Source: Urechidicola sp.
GTDB lineage: Bacteria; Bacteroidota; Bacteroidia; Flavobacteriales; Flavobacteriaceae
DNA: 64,000 nt
Direction: 5' to 3'
Assembly (NCBI GenBank): GCA_965248525.1
Contig: CBDFJO010000003.1
Span: 41,727-105,726, forward strand
The notes below the pieces were generated by a model. It had not been told where the DNA came from. It saw only the letters and a list, made by a program, of their open reading frames with translations, and did no database searches. Positions within the stretch are counted from its first letter, which is position 1; every line of letters begins with the position of its first letter. Of this stretch, positions 52,593-60,997 are shown piece after piece. The position numbers were made by a program, and so were the translations under genes.

Positions 52593-52653
52593 AACATATG
52601 GATAAGTGCAGTAATTTTTCCTTCAGAAAAATTATTGTCATTTATCTGATGTT
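52593..52653 (-). other. attC-like site
   Basis: aac-atatg-gataagtgcagtaatttttc/gaaaaattattgtcatttatc-tgat-gtt. Confidence 0.72.
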
Positions 52654-53061
52654 GTGTTTAGTCTTTCTATTTTGCTTTTCTTATTATTTTCAAATATAAG
52701 CAAAATAGAAAGACGTAGTCCAAAAAATGAAGCAATAGTATCAAAGGAATTAACTATAAATTTGTTTGTAAATAAGATAGGTCATTATATTTGTATAATT
52801 AATGTCTTATTTGCAAAATTATAGAAAATTTAAATCGATTATTTTATTTTTTGCTTTAAAACTTGATTTTCTCAAAAAAAATCAGTTTCTTTACTTAAGT
52901 TTTATAACATTCACAATGTTTGAAAGAGCAATCTTTCACAGTGTAACTGTCAAACTTAATGTAGAATTTGTTTCTAAAAATTCTAAAGCAAAAAAATAAA
53001 ATTTTCCTGCTATAATTAAAATTTGTAGTTAGTTTCAAACTTCATTTTTGGATTAAATCAC

Positions 53062-53119
53062 AACGGTGAGTATATGCGTAGTGCGACCGTTTAGGGAGCA
53101 TTATCGCATATACATTGTT
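53062..53119 (-). other. attC-like site
   Basis: aac-ggtga-gtatatgcg...cgcatatac-att-gtt. Confidence 0.8.
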
Positions 53120-53138
53120 CTCTGCTGGCTTTCTTTCG

Positions 53139-53435
53139 TTATTTATTTTTATTCATAATCAGGGTTCCAATTAATACTATCGCCCAAATTACATCAATTA
53201 AATTCCATAATTCTCTACCGAGTGAAATCTTAACAATTGGGTTTATCAATATTGCACTACCGATATAAAATATTACCCAATTATTATTTTCCAATCCATA
53301 TTCTCTGAATGCCAAATATCCGAAACCTATCATTGCTAAAAATCTTACAATCTGAAAATAGCCATAAGGCATATCAGCCAAGCAAATCAGGAATAATACC
53401 GAAAGCACAATCTTTATTATTGTAGTTTCTTTCAT
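53139..53435 (-). CDS. DUF6804-like membrane protein
   Basis: CLADMPYGYFQIVRF...LINPIVKI. Confidence 0.65.
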   Translation of the reverse strand: MKETTIIKIVLSVLFLICLADMPYGYFQIVRFLAMIGFGYLAFREYGLENNNWVIFYIGSAILINPIVKISLGRELWNLIDVIWAIVLIGTLIMNKNK

Positions 53436-53788
53436 TGTATAGCAAGTCCAATTACCAAGGCAATAATTCCTGCAACAAAAGCAGTTAACATATCTTTACC
53501 AAGTCCTTTGCCACTCGCAAAACGAACTAAAAACCCTTTAGTTAGCCAAGGTCCTAAAATCCAAACAACTGCAAGGTTAATAAAGAACAATGCTATCCAA
53601 TGAAATTCGGTAATGTTCGCCCAAGCAATAACTGGAAAAATAAAACCACTAATCCAAGGAATTGCGGACATTAATGGATTTGAAGTATACATTGGTTTAT
53701 CAATTTCACTTCCATTCGAAATGGTTGAATGGATACCAAATGCAGAAATTAGCAATACTGCTCCAATAACTAATAATACTGTTGCCAT
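53432..53788 (-). CDS. Hypothetical membrane protein
   Basis: Three to four TM helices; overlaps the next gene by ATGA. Confidence 0.6.
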   Translation of the reverse strand: MATVLLVIGAVLLISAFGIHSTISNGSEIDKPMYTSNPLMSAIPWISGFIFPVIAWANITEFHWIALFFINLAVVWILGPWLTKGFLVRFASGKGLGKDMLTAFVAGIIALVIGLAIQ

Positions 53789-53801
53789 AATTTATTATCT
53801 T

Positions 53802-54224
53802 TTAAAATGCTCCTCCAATTGTGTTGTTTTTATGATTTTCTACGACTTGTGTCATCTCCATAATCATTCTATCAGCTATCTTTTGTTGTTCAAAAATGCT
53901 TAGGTTTCGGACATCGTTAAATTGTTTTTCGTGAACTACTTCTTTTTGAAAATATTTATAACGCCAAGTTATAGTCAAATGACCTGTTCCGTATTGAAAG
54001 TTAATTATCTGATTTTGTCCATTTTCATAAAGATTAAAACCTCTTTTGTCAAGAGTTGTAATACTTCCACCACCATTAAAGGCAGCGTCATTGATTGCTG
54101 CTACTATTACCGCAAATTTTTCATTTAAGTTTTGACCTTGAAGGTCGTAATTATCTTTATTCAAGTCAGAAAAGAACCTAAACAAGATAAAGCCAATAAT
54201 TCCAATTACAATTACCCAAATCAT
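53802..54224 (-). CDS. Hypothetical protein with N-terminal TM anchor
   Basis: MIWVIVIGIIGFILF; first gene after the cassette core. Confidence 0.6.
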   Translation of the reverse strand: MIWVIVIGIIGFILFRFFSDLNKDNYDLQGQNLNEKFAVIVAAINDAAFNGGGSITTLDKRGFNLYENGQNQIINFQYGTGHLTITWRYKYFQKEVVHEKQFNDVRNLSIFEQQKIADRMIMEMTQVVENHKNNTIGGAF

Positions 54225-54257
54225 ATGTTATTTGTTTTTTTGTTTTTGCTTGCAGAG

Positions 54258-54316
54258 AACGGTGAGTATATGAATCGTAGCATCCCGCAGGGTGCTATGA
54301 TTTCATATACATTGTT
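54258..54316 (-). other. attC-like site
   Basis: aac-ggtga-gtatatgaa-tcgtagcatccc/gggtgctatga-ttcatatac-att-gtt. Confidence 0.82.
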
Positions 54317-54326
54317 AGTGGTCGTG

Positions 54327-55427
54327 TTATATTTGCTCAAGTAGCTTTTTAGCTGTTATACATTTATGGACTCCGTTTTCGAATTTATGTCTTGTATCAA
54401 TTGGTGCTTCCGCAGCAAAAAAGCCATCGCAATAACCAAAATATTTACATGAAACACAATTCCATGCCATGCGTTCATTCGCATTATTTATTGAGTTCTG
54501 GCATTTTTCTGATTTTAAAAGGACTTCTAAGTTTTCATTGAATATATTCCCATAAACATATCTTTCATCACCATATGGGTCACCATATCCTTGACAGTTA
54601 CCATTAGTGTTAACTATTAGAACGGAAGGGAATTCTTTTTTGTTATAAAAATTATCTCTAACTAATGATTCTTTAAAGTTATAAGAAATGGCCTCTAATT
54701 TATTCAAAGGATCAATATCTATTTGTTTCCCATCTGCTTGCCAGAGTATATTTAACTCATTCAGAAATTGATATATTTGATTTGAGGTGATTTGGAATTC
54801 GTTATGTTGATCTTCAAATGCACCATCAAAAAGAGGTAATATCCTAAAGCTCGTATTAGTATCTTTGAAGAAATTGTATATTTCATTATGAAATTGAATG
54901 TTCTTCTTGGTCAACACTACTATACATCTAAATTCTATTTTCTCAATTTTCAACGTGTTCATGTTTTTTAAAACAAGTTGATCCATGATTTTCGAATTTA
55001 TGTTTTCCCTTAATTCACCAAATACGTCAAATGAAACTCCCAAATTAATTTTATTGTTTTTTAGAAACAAAAGAAGTTTATCATTTAATTTGGTCAAATT
55101 AGTCTGAATAGAATTACTTAATCTAATTCTTGAATTGAAATGTTTAGATTGTAATTTAAAGGCTGTTTCTAAATACTCAATTGGGCAAAGAAAAGGTTCT
55201 CCTCCATGCCATATAAAGTTAACTATAGTGCTTTTATTGTCCTGCTTGTCCCTTTTGGAAACAAATTGACTAACATTCTTATAAAGTAATTCCAAGTTAT
55301 CTAAACTTATTCTTTCTTTATCCCCTAATTCTTTAAATTCATAACAATATTTACATCTTAGATTACATAGTTTAGAAATTTTTACAACTAAATCTAATCT
55401 TCTTTGATTATTTTTTTCTTTTGTCAC
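54327..55427 (-). CDS. Radical SAM protein with SPASM/twitch-type C-terminus
   Basis: CNLRCKYC, WHGGEP, QTN, CVSCKYFGYC...C. Confidence 0.88.
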   Translation of the reverse strand: MTKEKNNQRRLDLVVKISKLCNLRCKYCYEFKELGDKERISLDNLELLYKNVSQFVSKRDKQDNKSTIVNFIWHGGEPFLCPIEYLETAFKLQSKHFNSRIRLSNSIQTNLTKLNDKLLLFLKNNKINLGVSFDVFGELRENINSKIMDQLVLKNMNTLKIEKIEFRCIVVLTKKNIQFHNEIYNFFKDTNTSFRILPLFDGAFEDQHNEFQITSNQIYQFLNELNILWQADGKQIDIDPLNKLEAISYNFKESLVRDNFYNKKEFPSVLIVNTNGNCQGYGDPYGDERYVYGNIFNENLEVLLKSEKCQNSINNANERMAWNCVSCKYFGYCDGFFAAEAPIDTRHKFENGVHKCITAKKLLEQI

Positions 55428-55728
55428 TCTTTGCTGATTTCATTGCAGAAATAAAGTCAAGTACATCCTTTGGATTCGGGTTTTTATGATTCAAAAATTG
55501 TAGGATTGGAATTTCGTAAAATGTTGATTCTGGCCAAGCCCAATAAAATGGATTTCCTATATTATCTCCAAGATTACCACTTTGACTTAAGAATTTTTTA
55601 AAATCCGAAATCGCTTTTTTTGTCTCATCAAGACTTTCTCCATTTTTTAAAGAAGCTTTAGCACTCGTATACAATTTTTCCGCTAATTCTGTTAGTTCTT
55701 CTAAATGTTTGTTGTTTGAATTTTCCAT
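55408..55728 (-). CDS. Hypothetical 106-aa protein, candidate substrate/precursor of the radical SAM enzyme
   Basis: Overlaps the rSAM start; aromatic-rich FYWAWPESTFY segment. Confidence 0.55.
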   Translation of the reverse strand: MENSNNKHLEELTELAEKLYTSAKASLKNGESLDETKKAISDFKKFLSQSGNLGDNIGNPFYWAWPESTFYEIPILQFLNHKNPNPKDVLDFISAMKSAKSDKRKK

Positions 55729-55779
55729 TGTTTAAATTTATAGTTTAAAAATAAGTATTTAATTTTTCTCATGACCACT

Positions 55780-55899
55780 AACGTTGCCTGTATGGTTAGT
55801 GGCGTTTTAAAATTACTGTACTTTCGGTTAAGCACAAACTTTGTTTTAAGTATTGAACTTTGAACTTAGCACTATGTAGCCATTAACTATACAGATTGT
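55780..55899 (-). other. Long attC-like site, split by the group II intron
   Basis: aac-gttgcc-tgtatggttagtggc...gccattaactataca-gatt-gt|t; homologous to 60766-60887. Confidence 0.82.
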
Positions 55900-56420
55900 G
55901 TGTGCCTTGAATGGTAAATATACTAAAAGTTCTTTAAAAAGAAGTATTTATTTAAGAGAAAGTCCAAAGGGTGTAAGTCCCTTATGCGCAGGAGTAACAT
56001 TTTGAAGCCAAGTAAGTCGCAAGGGTGCTAACTGCGAAGTTATATCTGAAGTAAGCGAGACTACGTTGTCTGAACTGACGAACAGAAACGGGATACGAGG
56101 CATAGTTATTTAGGATAAGTAAGCACACCATTGCAAAGTCCTACGAATACCAAAAGAATAACTATGTAGATTCCGCAGGCTTAGACAAAAGGACATTTAC
56201 CTTACCAAGGGAGGTCTCTGTAATCACGAGATGATATAGCAGAGAAGTCAGCAGAAGTCATAGTACTTGTAGGAAAACGAGCCATAAAACAAATGGAGGT
56301 CTCACAAGCAAGCAAGGACAGAACATTAAACGTTTGCGTGAATTTGAATTCATAGGTTAAACAACGTACAGTAGTATAGGGGACTTCTAAAATTTAATTC
56401 ATTGTTAATCAGATAATTAT

Positions 56421-57503
56421 ATGTATCTTTCGTACTATAATCAAAACTGTAATAAAATGTATAAACCCAGAGGGAAAAAAGGATTATTTGATGAAGAATT
56501 TACAAAAGATCGCTTATCATCAATAGGCAATCCATTAGAAAACATAAGTAAAGTTATTGATTTTGAATTATTTAGAGAATTGCTAGAGCATAAGTTACTC
56601 AACACTAACAAAAAAAGCAATGCAGGAGCAAAACCTTATGACTTGGTAATGATGTTTAAAATATTGATACTTCAACGTTATTATGGTTTAGGAGATAGTC
56701 AAGTTGAATATCAAATATTAGATAGAATGAGTTTTAAAACATTTTTAGGATTAGAGACTGGCGATAAAGTACCAGATGAAAAAACCGTATGGAGTTTTAG
56801 AGAACGTGTAACAAAAACAGGTTTAGTAGAAGAATTATTTGAGCAGTTTACTTTCTTTTTAGAAGAAAAAAAACTCATATTTAATGAAGGACAATTGATT
56901 GATGCCAGTTTTACAGTAGCACCACGCCAAAGAAACACAAGGAAAGAAAACAAGAAAATAAAAGACGGTAAGGGTAATGAATTATGGAATGACAAACCCA
57001 ACAAGAAAAAACATAAAGATATTGATGCACGTTGGACAAAGAAAAATGGTGAAACTTTCTTTGGTTATAAAAATCACGCAAAGGTAGGCACTAAAAGTAA
57101 ATTCATTAACACTTACACAGTAACAGACGCCTCGGTTCACGACTCACAAGCTTTGGATGACTTGCTTACCGAAAAAGATAAAAACCAAGATTTACACGCA
57201 GATAGTGCATACACAGGCAAAGAGCAAGATAAGATTATCAAAAAATATGAAATGAAAAATAAAGTACACGAAAAAGGCTATCATAATAAACCATTGACAG
57301 AGAAACAAAAAGCAAGCAACACTAAAAAATCAAAAATTAGAGCAAGAGTAGAGCATGTATTTGGCTTTATGGAGCAAAGTATGAAAGGTTTAGTTTTAAA
57401 ATCAGTAGGAATTATAAGAGCATCAGGAATAATTGGTTTAATCAACTTAACCTACAATTTATTTAGGTATGAACAAATCAAAAGATTAAACATAACTTAC
57501 TGA
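56421..57503 (+). CDS. IS5-family transposase
   Basis: PDEKTVWSFRE, IDASF, DIDARW, ADSAY, RARVEHVFG; likely start at MYKPRG. Confidence 0.9.
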   Translation: MYLSYYNQNCNKMYKPRGKKGLFDEEFTKDRLSSIGNPLENISKVIDFELFRELLEHKLLNTNKKSNAGAKPYDLVMMFKILILQRYYGLGDSQVEYQILDRMSFKTFLGLETGDKVPDEKTVWSFRERVTKTGLVEELFEQFTFFLEEKKLIFNEGQLIDASFTVAPRQRNTRKENKKIKDGKGNELWNDKPNKKKHKDIDARWTKKNGETFFGYKNHAKVGTKSKFINTYTVTDASVHDSQALDDLLTEKDKNQDLHADSAYTGKEQDKIIKKYEMKNKVHEKGYHNKPLTEKQKASNTKKSKIRARVEHVFGFMEQSMKGLVLKSVGIIRASGIIGLINLTYNLFRYEQIKRLNITY

Positions 57504-57574
57504 TAGACGGATAGATTGGATAGATGGATAGATGGATAGATGGATAGATGGATAGATGGATAGATGGATAGATG
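57502..57574 (+). repeat. 8-bp tandem repeat (GATAGATG) inside IS5
   Basis: 7 perfect copies at 57519-57574 plus 2 degenerate copies. Confidence 0.95.
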
Positions 57575-57756
57575 GAATTTGATGTTTTGTGTATCAAAAT
57601 CAAAAAATATTACTACCTTTGTAGTGTTAATCTTTTTTCTAAAAAAGATAAAAAAGGGTTCTCATCTTTTTTAGAAAACTGAAAAACCAATTTTTAGAAC
57701 TCCCCTATAGTTTAACTTAACGGACAGAGGAGCAATAACAAAGTAACAATTTAATT

Positions 57757-58156
57757 ATGGAATTAATAACAAAAGTTTTAGAGTATTCAAATATCAAGGC
57801 TCACTATTTTTGTACGTGGTTGGGTAAACTATTATAAGTATGCCAATATGACTACAAAGTTAAAATCGTTAGATACTTGGGTTCGTAGTAGGTTGCGTTA
57901 CTGCATTTGGAAACATTGGAAAAAGCCCAACAAACGTATGCGTAGTTATATCCGTTTGGGTATTGCTAAAGGTCAGGCTTATGCTTGGTCACGTTCACGG
58001 ATGGGTGGCTGGGCAACGGCATTAAGCCCAATAATGAAAACCACAATAACAGTCGAAAGACTATTAAAACGTGGTTATCTTTCTTTTTCTGCTCAATTTC
58101 AAATGTCGTTTAGGTTAATACCAAAAGACATTCAATTAAAATTATCTTTTGTTTAA
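57757..58156 (+). pseudogene. Intron-encoded protein with the RT domain deleted
   Basis: MELITKVLEYSNIKA N-terminus, then out-of-frame jump to RGWVNYY...RSRLRYCIWKHWKK (maturase X domain); no YADD. Confidence 0.82.
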
Positions 58157-58248
58157 TGAACCGCCAAGTACGAGAACCGTACGCTTGGTGGTGTGAGAGG
58201 CGCACTCTCCTCAAGATTGAGGAGAGCCGCCTACTCGATTAGCAAACG

Positions 58249-59286
58249 TTATTTTTTATTTTCTTCTATTATCTCTTTTCTTTTTTGAGATATTTCTAAA
58301 TTGTATTTCCACTTTTTATTGTAATCAACATTTTCTCTCATTTTTGCATACTCAATCGCTTTGTCATAATTACCAAGAGCATAATTCACTCCAGAAATAT
58401 TGCTCAATATACTCCAGTAAACCTTTTTTTGTTTTTTATCAGTTTTATCCTTTATTTTTTTTAGTTCGTTTTCAAAATGAGTTAAACTCTCTTTTGCAAT
58501 GCTCTTTAAGTTTTCTTTATAGGTATCGCTAAATTTCAATTTATTCATTTCGATTAATTTTTCAACTTGGTCATTGTTTTTTATTCCAAATTTTTCTTCC
58601 TTTTTAATAAAAAATAAATTTATTCTTTTGGCTTCATAATAAGTAGAAAATTTTGATTTTAAAGATTTAGAAATATCTCCTATTACATAATCTGCTTGGT
58701 TCATGTTTTTACTAGAACGATATTCAATTGCATTTGCATTATACTGCTTTTTGATTTGAGATAATGCTATTCCATTAGATTTTATGGATGCATTATTAAA
58801 AACTTCAGCACTTTCTGTTTTGCTTTTTTGTGTAAAAACTTTATCAAAAAGAATATTTTTTTTGGTGTCTGTTACTACGACCTTAATTGATGAAGATATT
58901 TCAACAATACCTGTATAAGTGTTTTTTGCATCTTTACCATAGTTTTTTTTCTCTTTTACACTTAATATGTGTTTTATACCTAAATCAGTTAATTCTATAA
59001 TGAAATCAGGATTTTCTGATTTTGTAAAACCAGGGATTTTTAATGAACGGTCAATAAGGATCGAAATATTTGTGTTCTTAAATGAAGAAGACTTTTGTTC
59101 TCCGTTTATTATTAATCTTACATTATCACTATTAGAATTTACTTTTACAGCGTAATTTTGATACTCAACAGGTAATTTAATTTCTGGGTAATGTTTTTCT
59201 TCAATATACCAACCTTTATTTTTTGCGTTTTGTGCTGATAAATTGATACTTACTAATGTTAATAGTAATAAAATGAATTTTTTCAT
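58249..59286 (-). CDS. Cassette-borne secreted hypothetical protein (C-terminal TPR-like)
   Basis: Signal peptide MKKFILLLL...SA; ends match gt|tagcaaac and gtttgctaac. Confidence 0.7.
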   Translation of the reverse strand: MKKFILLLLTLVSINLSAQNAKNKGWYIEEKHYPEIKLPVEYQNYAVKVNSNSDNVRLIINGEQKSSSFKNTNISILIDRSLKIPGFTKSENPDFIIELTDLGIKHILSVKEKKNYGKDAKNTYTGIVEISSSIKVVVTDTKKNILFDKVFTQKSKTESAEVFNNASIKSNGIALSQIKKQYNANAIEYRSSKNMNQADYVIGDISKSLKSKFSTYYEAKRINLFFIKKEEKFGIKNNDQVEKLIEMNKLKFSDTYKENLKSIAKESLTHFENELKKIKDKTDKKQKKVYWSILSNISGVNYALGNYDKAIEYAKMRENVDYNKKWKYNLEISQKRKEIIEENKK

Positions 59287-59308
59287 ATTTTTTGTTTTAA
59301 TGTTTGCT

Positions 59309-59357
59309 AACGTATGGATAACCCTATTGTGGTTATATCTTATATGTCTGCAAGTTA
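59309..59357 (-). promoter_or_regulatory. Array head: attI-like site with degenerate promoter box
   Basis: Minus strand taacttg...ataaccacaatagggttatccatac-G|TTAGC; matches 28079, 26667 and 25275. Confidence 0.65.
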
Positions 59358-59497
59358 CTATTTTTTAATTCATCCAAAGGACTGCTAATATTTTTATGAA
59401 ATAAAAGTTATAGTTGCTATTTAAAGTTGCGTAATACGATATTAGAAAGTTAAGTTGGTATTGTGTTTTTTTTTGTACTATTGTTTACAAAAAAAAT

Positions 59498-59697
59498 ATG
59501 CCTTTAGTACAACCTTTAGCTGCCGATGCAAATCCTGATGTAAAAAAATTAGCCGAATTCTTTAACGAAACACTCGGTTTTTGTCCAAATTCGGTTTTAA
59601 CAATGCAAATTCGACCAGAAATTGCACGCTCATTTATAAATATGAATATGGCAGTAATGGATAATCAAGGTAGCGTAACATCAGCTTTAAAAAGAAT
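59498..59697 (+). pseudogene. AhpD/carboxymuconolactone decarboxylase family, 3'-truncated
   Basis: FFNETLGFCPNSVLTM...TSALKRM then unrelated sequence; CxxC region missing. Confidence 0.72.
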
Positions 59698-59796
59698 GAC
59701 CATTAACAATTCCGTGCTATTGAGTGCTTCCACTCCTTTAGCTGCCAATTTTTCTCTTGGTTTGTCATTATTGGGTATTTCTGATATTTTTCTCAC
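59692..59796 (-). pseudogene. radC: RadC N-terminal fragment
   Basis: GTG-RKISEIPNNDKPREKLAAKGVEALNSTELLMVIL, truncated against the ahpD remnant. Confidence 0.72.
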
Positions 59797-60314
59797 TTCT
59801 TTTTGGCATCCGTTTTAAAACCTATCCGTTCTCTGTTCTTGTGTTCTATTTGAGTTTTATCTTTTTTTAGCAAGTAATTAATGGCTTCATAAACATCCTT
59901 GAATTGTTTATTATACTTGGCTTCTAAGGCTTTGAGTTTTTCACCCATATCGCTGTATTGCATAGCGAATTGCTTAAGTGTAATAAAAGCACGAACTATG
60001 GCAATACTGGTTTGGCGAGCTTTTTTACTCTTGAGTACGTTGGCGAGCATTGTAACTCCGTGTTCAGTAAAGGCAAGTGGCAAGGCAGTTTTGGGTCGTT
60101 TTGCTGGGTATGTCATCACAATTTGTGATAACATCTCCCATTCGGTTTTAGAGAGCTTAAACATAAAATCTTCTGGAAAAATATCAGCGTTACGCTTTAC
60201 GGCCTGATTGAGTACTCTGGTTTCTACTTCGTATAACTCGGCCAGATCGAAGTCGAGCATTATTCGTTGTCCGCGTATTTCATAAATTCTATTTTGTATA
60301 ACTTGTAAATCCAT
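59793..60314 (-). CDS. ORF6N (KilA-N-like) domain protein
   Basis: IRGQRIMLDFDLAELYEVET..LNQAVKRN...FTEHG. Confidence 0.88.
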   Translation of the reverse strand: MDLQVIQNRIYEIRGQRIMLDFDLAELYEVETRVLNQAVKRNADIFPEDFMFKLSKTEWEMLSQIVMTYPAKRPKTALPLAFTEHGVTMLANVLKSKKARQTSIAIVRAFITLKQFAMQYSDMGEKLKALEAKYNKQFKDVYEAINYLLKKDKTQIEHKNRERIGFKTDAKKK

Positions 60315-60596
60315 CTATTTTTTTCTTACTCTTTTTAGGGTTAATTCAAGACAATCTTCGGCCAATTTTTCGCCATTTACAGTATCAAATACCTTGTCTG
60401 AGAGCCAAAGAATAAGCAATTGCTTTTCACTCGTTTTGAAAAGTTTAGCAAGTTTGGGCAGATAAGTTCTACTTATAGGCTTTTCTCTGCTTTCCATCTT
60501 GCTAATGTATGCCGTATCCACTTCCAATTTAGCGGCTACTTCTCTTTGCTTGAGCCCATTTTGCTCTCTCAATTCTTTGAGTTTTTGGCTCAACAT
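60315..60596 (-). CDS. XRE-family HTH regulator
   Basis: LKELRE...QREVAAKLEVDTAYISKMES. Confidence 0.85.
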   Translation of the reverse strand: MLSQKLKELREQNGLKQREVAAKLEVDTAYISKMESREKPISRTYLPKLAKLFKTSEKQLLILWLSDKVFDTVNGEKLAEDCLELTLKRVRKK

Positions 60597-60765
60597 ATGA
60601 CCAAATTATTCTTGTCCATTATTGGGCAAATATACAATTATCATACAGAAATTCAATTCGTTTTTGTAAAAGCAAAATTAGGCTCTTTTGGTTTTTTGAG
60701 CGTTGGCTTTTGTTATTGGCAAAAACCAAATGTGTCTGATGTGGGTGGGCTTCTATATGCCCTAC

Positions 60766-60887
60766 AACGATTTCTGTATGGTTAGTGGCGTTTTAAAGAA
60801 CCGAAATTTTCGGTTTATCACAGAACTTTATTAAAAGAATTGAACTTCAAATTTAGTACTTTGTAGCCATTAACTATACAGATTGTT
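60766..60887 (-). other. Long attC-like site
   Basis: aac-gatttc-tgtatggttagtggc...gccattaactataca-gatt-gtt. Confidence 0.82.
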
Positions 60888-60997
60888 ACAAGCCCTTTAT
60901 TGTATTTCAGTCAACAAGTTAAACTCCATTCGCGTTAGCATCTTTTTCATTTTGATTGATTTTTCCGTTGATTAAGATTTCTGCAAATAGTTATTTA

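Larger units (their letters stand above)
56379..57705 (+). mobile_element. IS5-family element
   Basis: TIR ggggacttctaaaa / rc ggggagttctaaaa; 4-bp TATA duplication (56375-56378, 57706-57709). Confidence 0.9.
55900..58239 (+). mobile_element. Group IIC intron (degenerate, IS5-interrupted)
   Basis: 5' GTGTG; DV gaaccgccaagtacg...cgtacgcttggtgg with CGC triad; DVI ending actcgAT. Confidence 0.88.
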
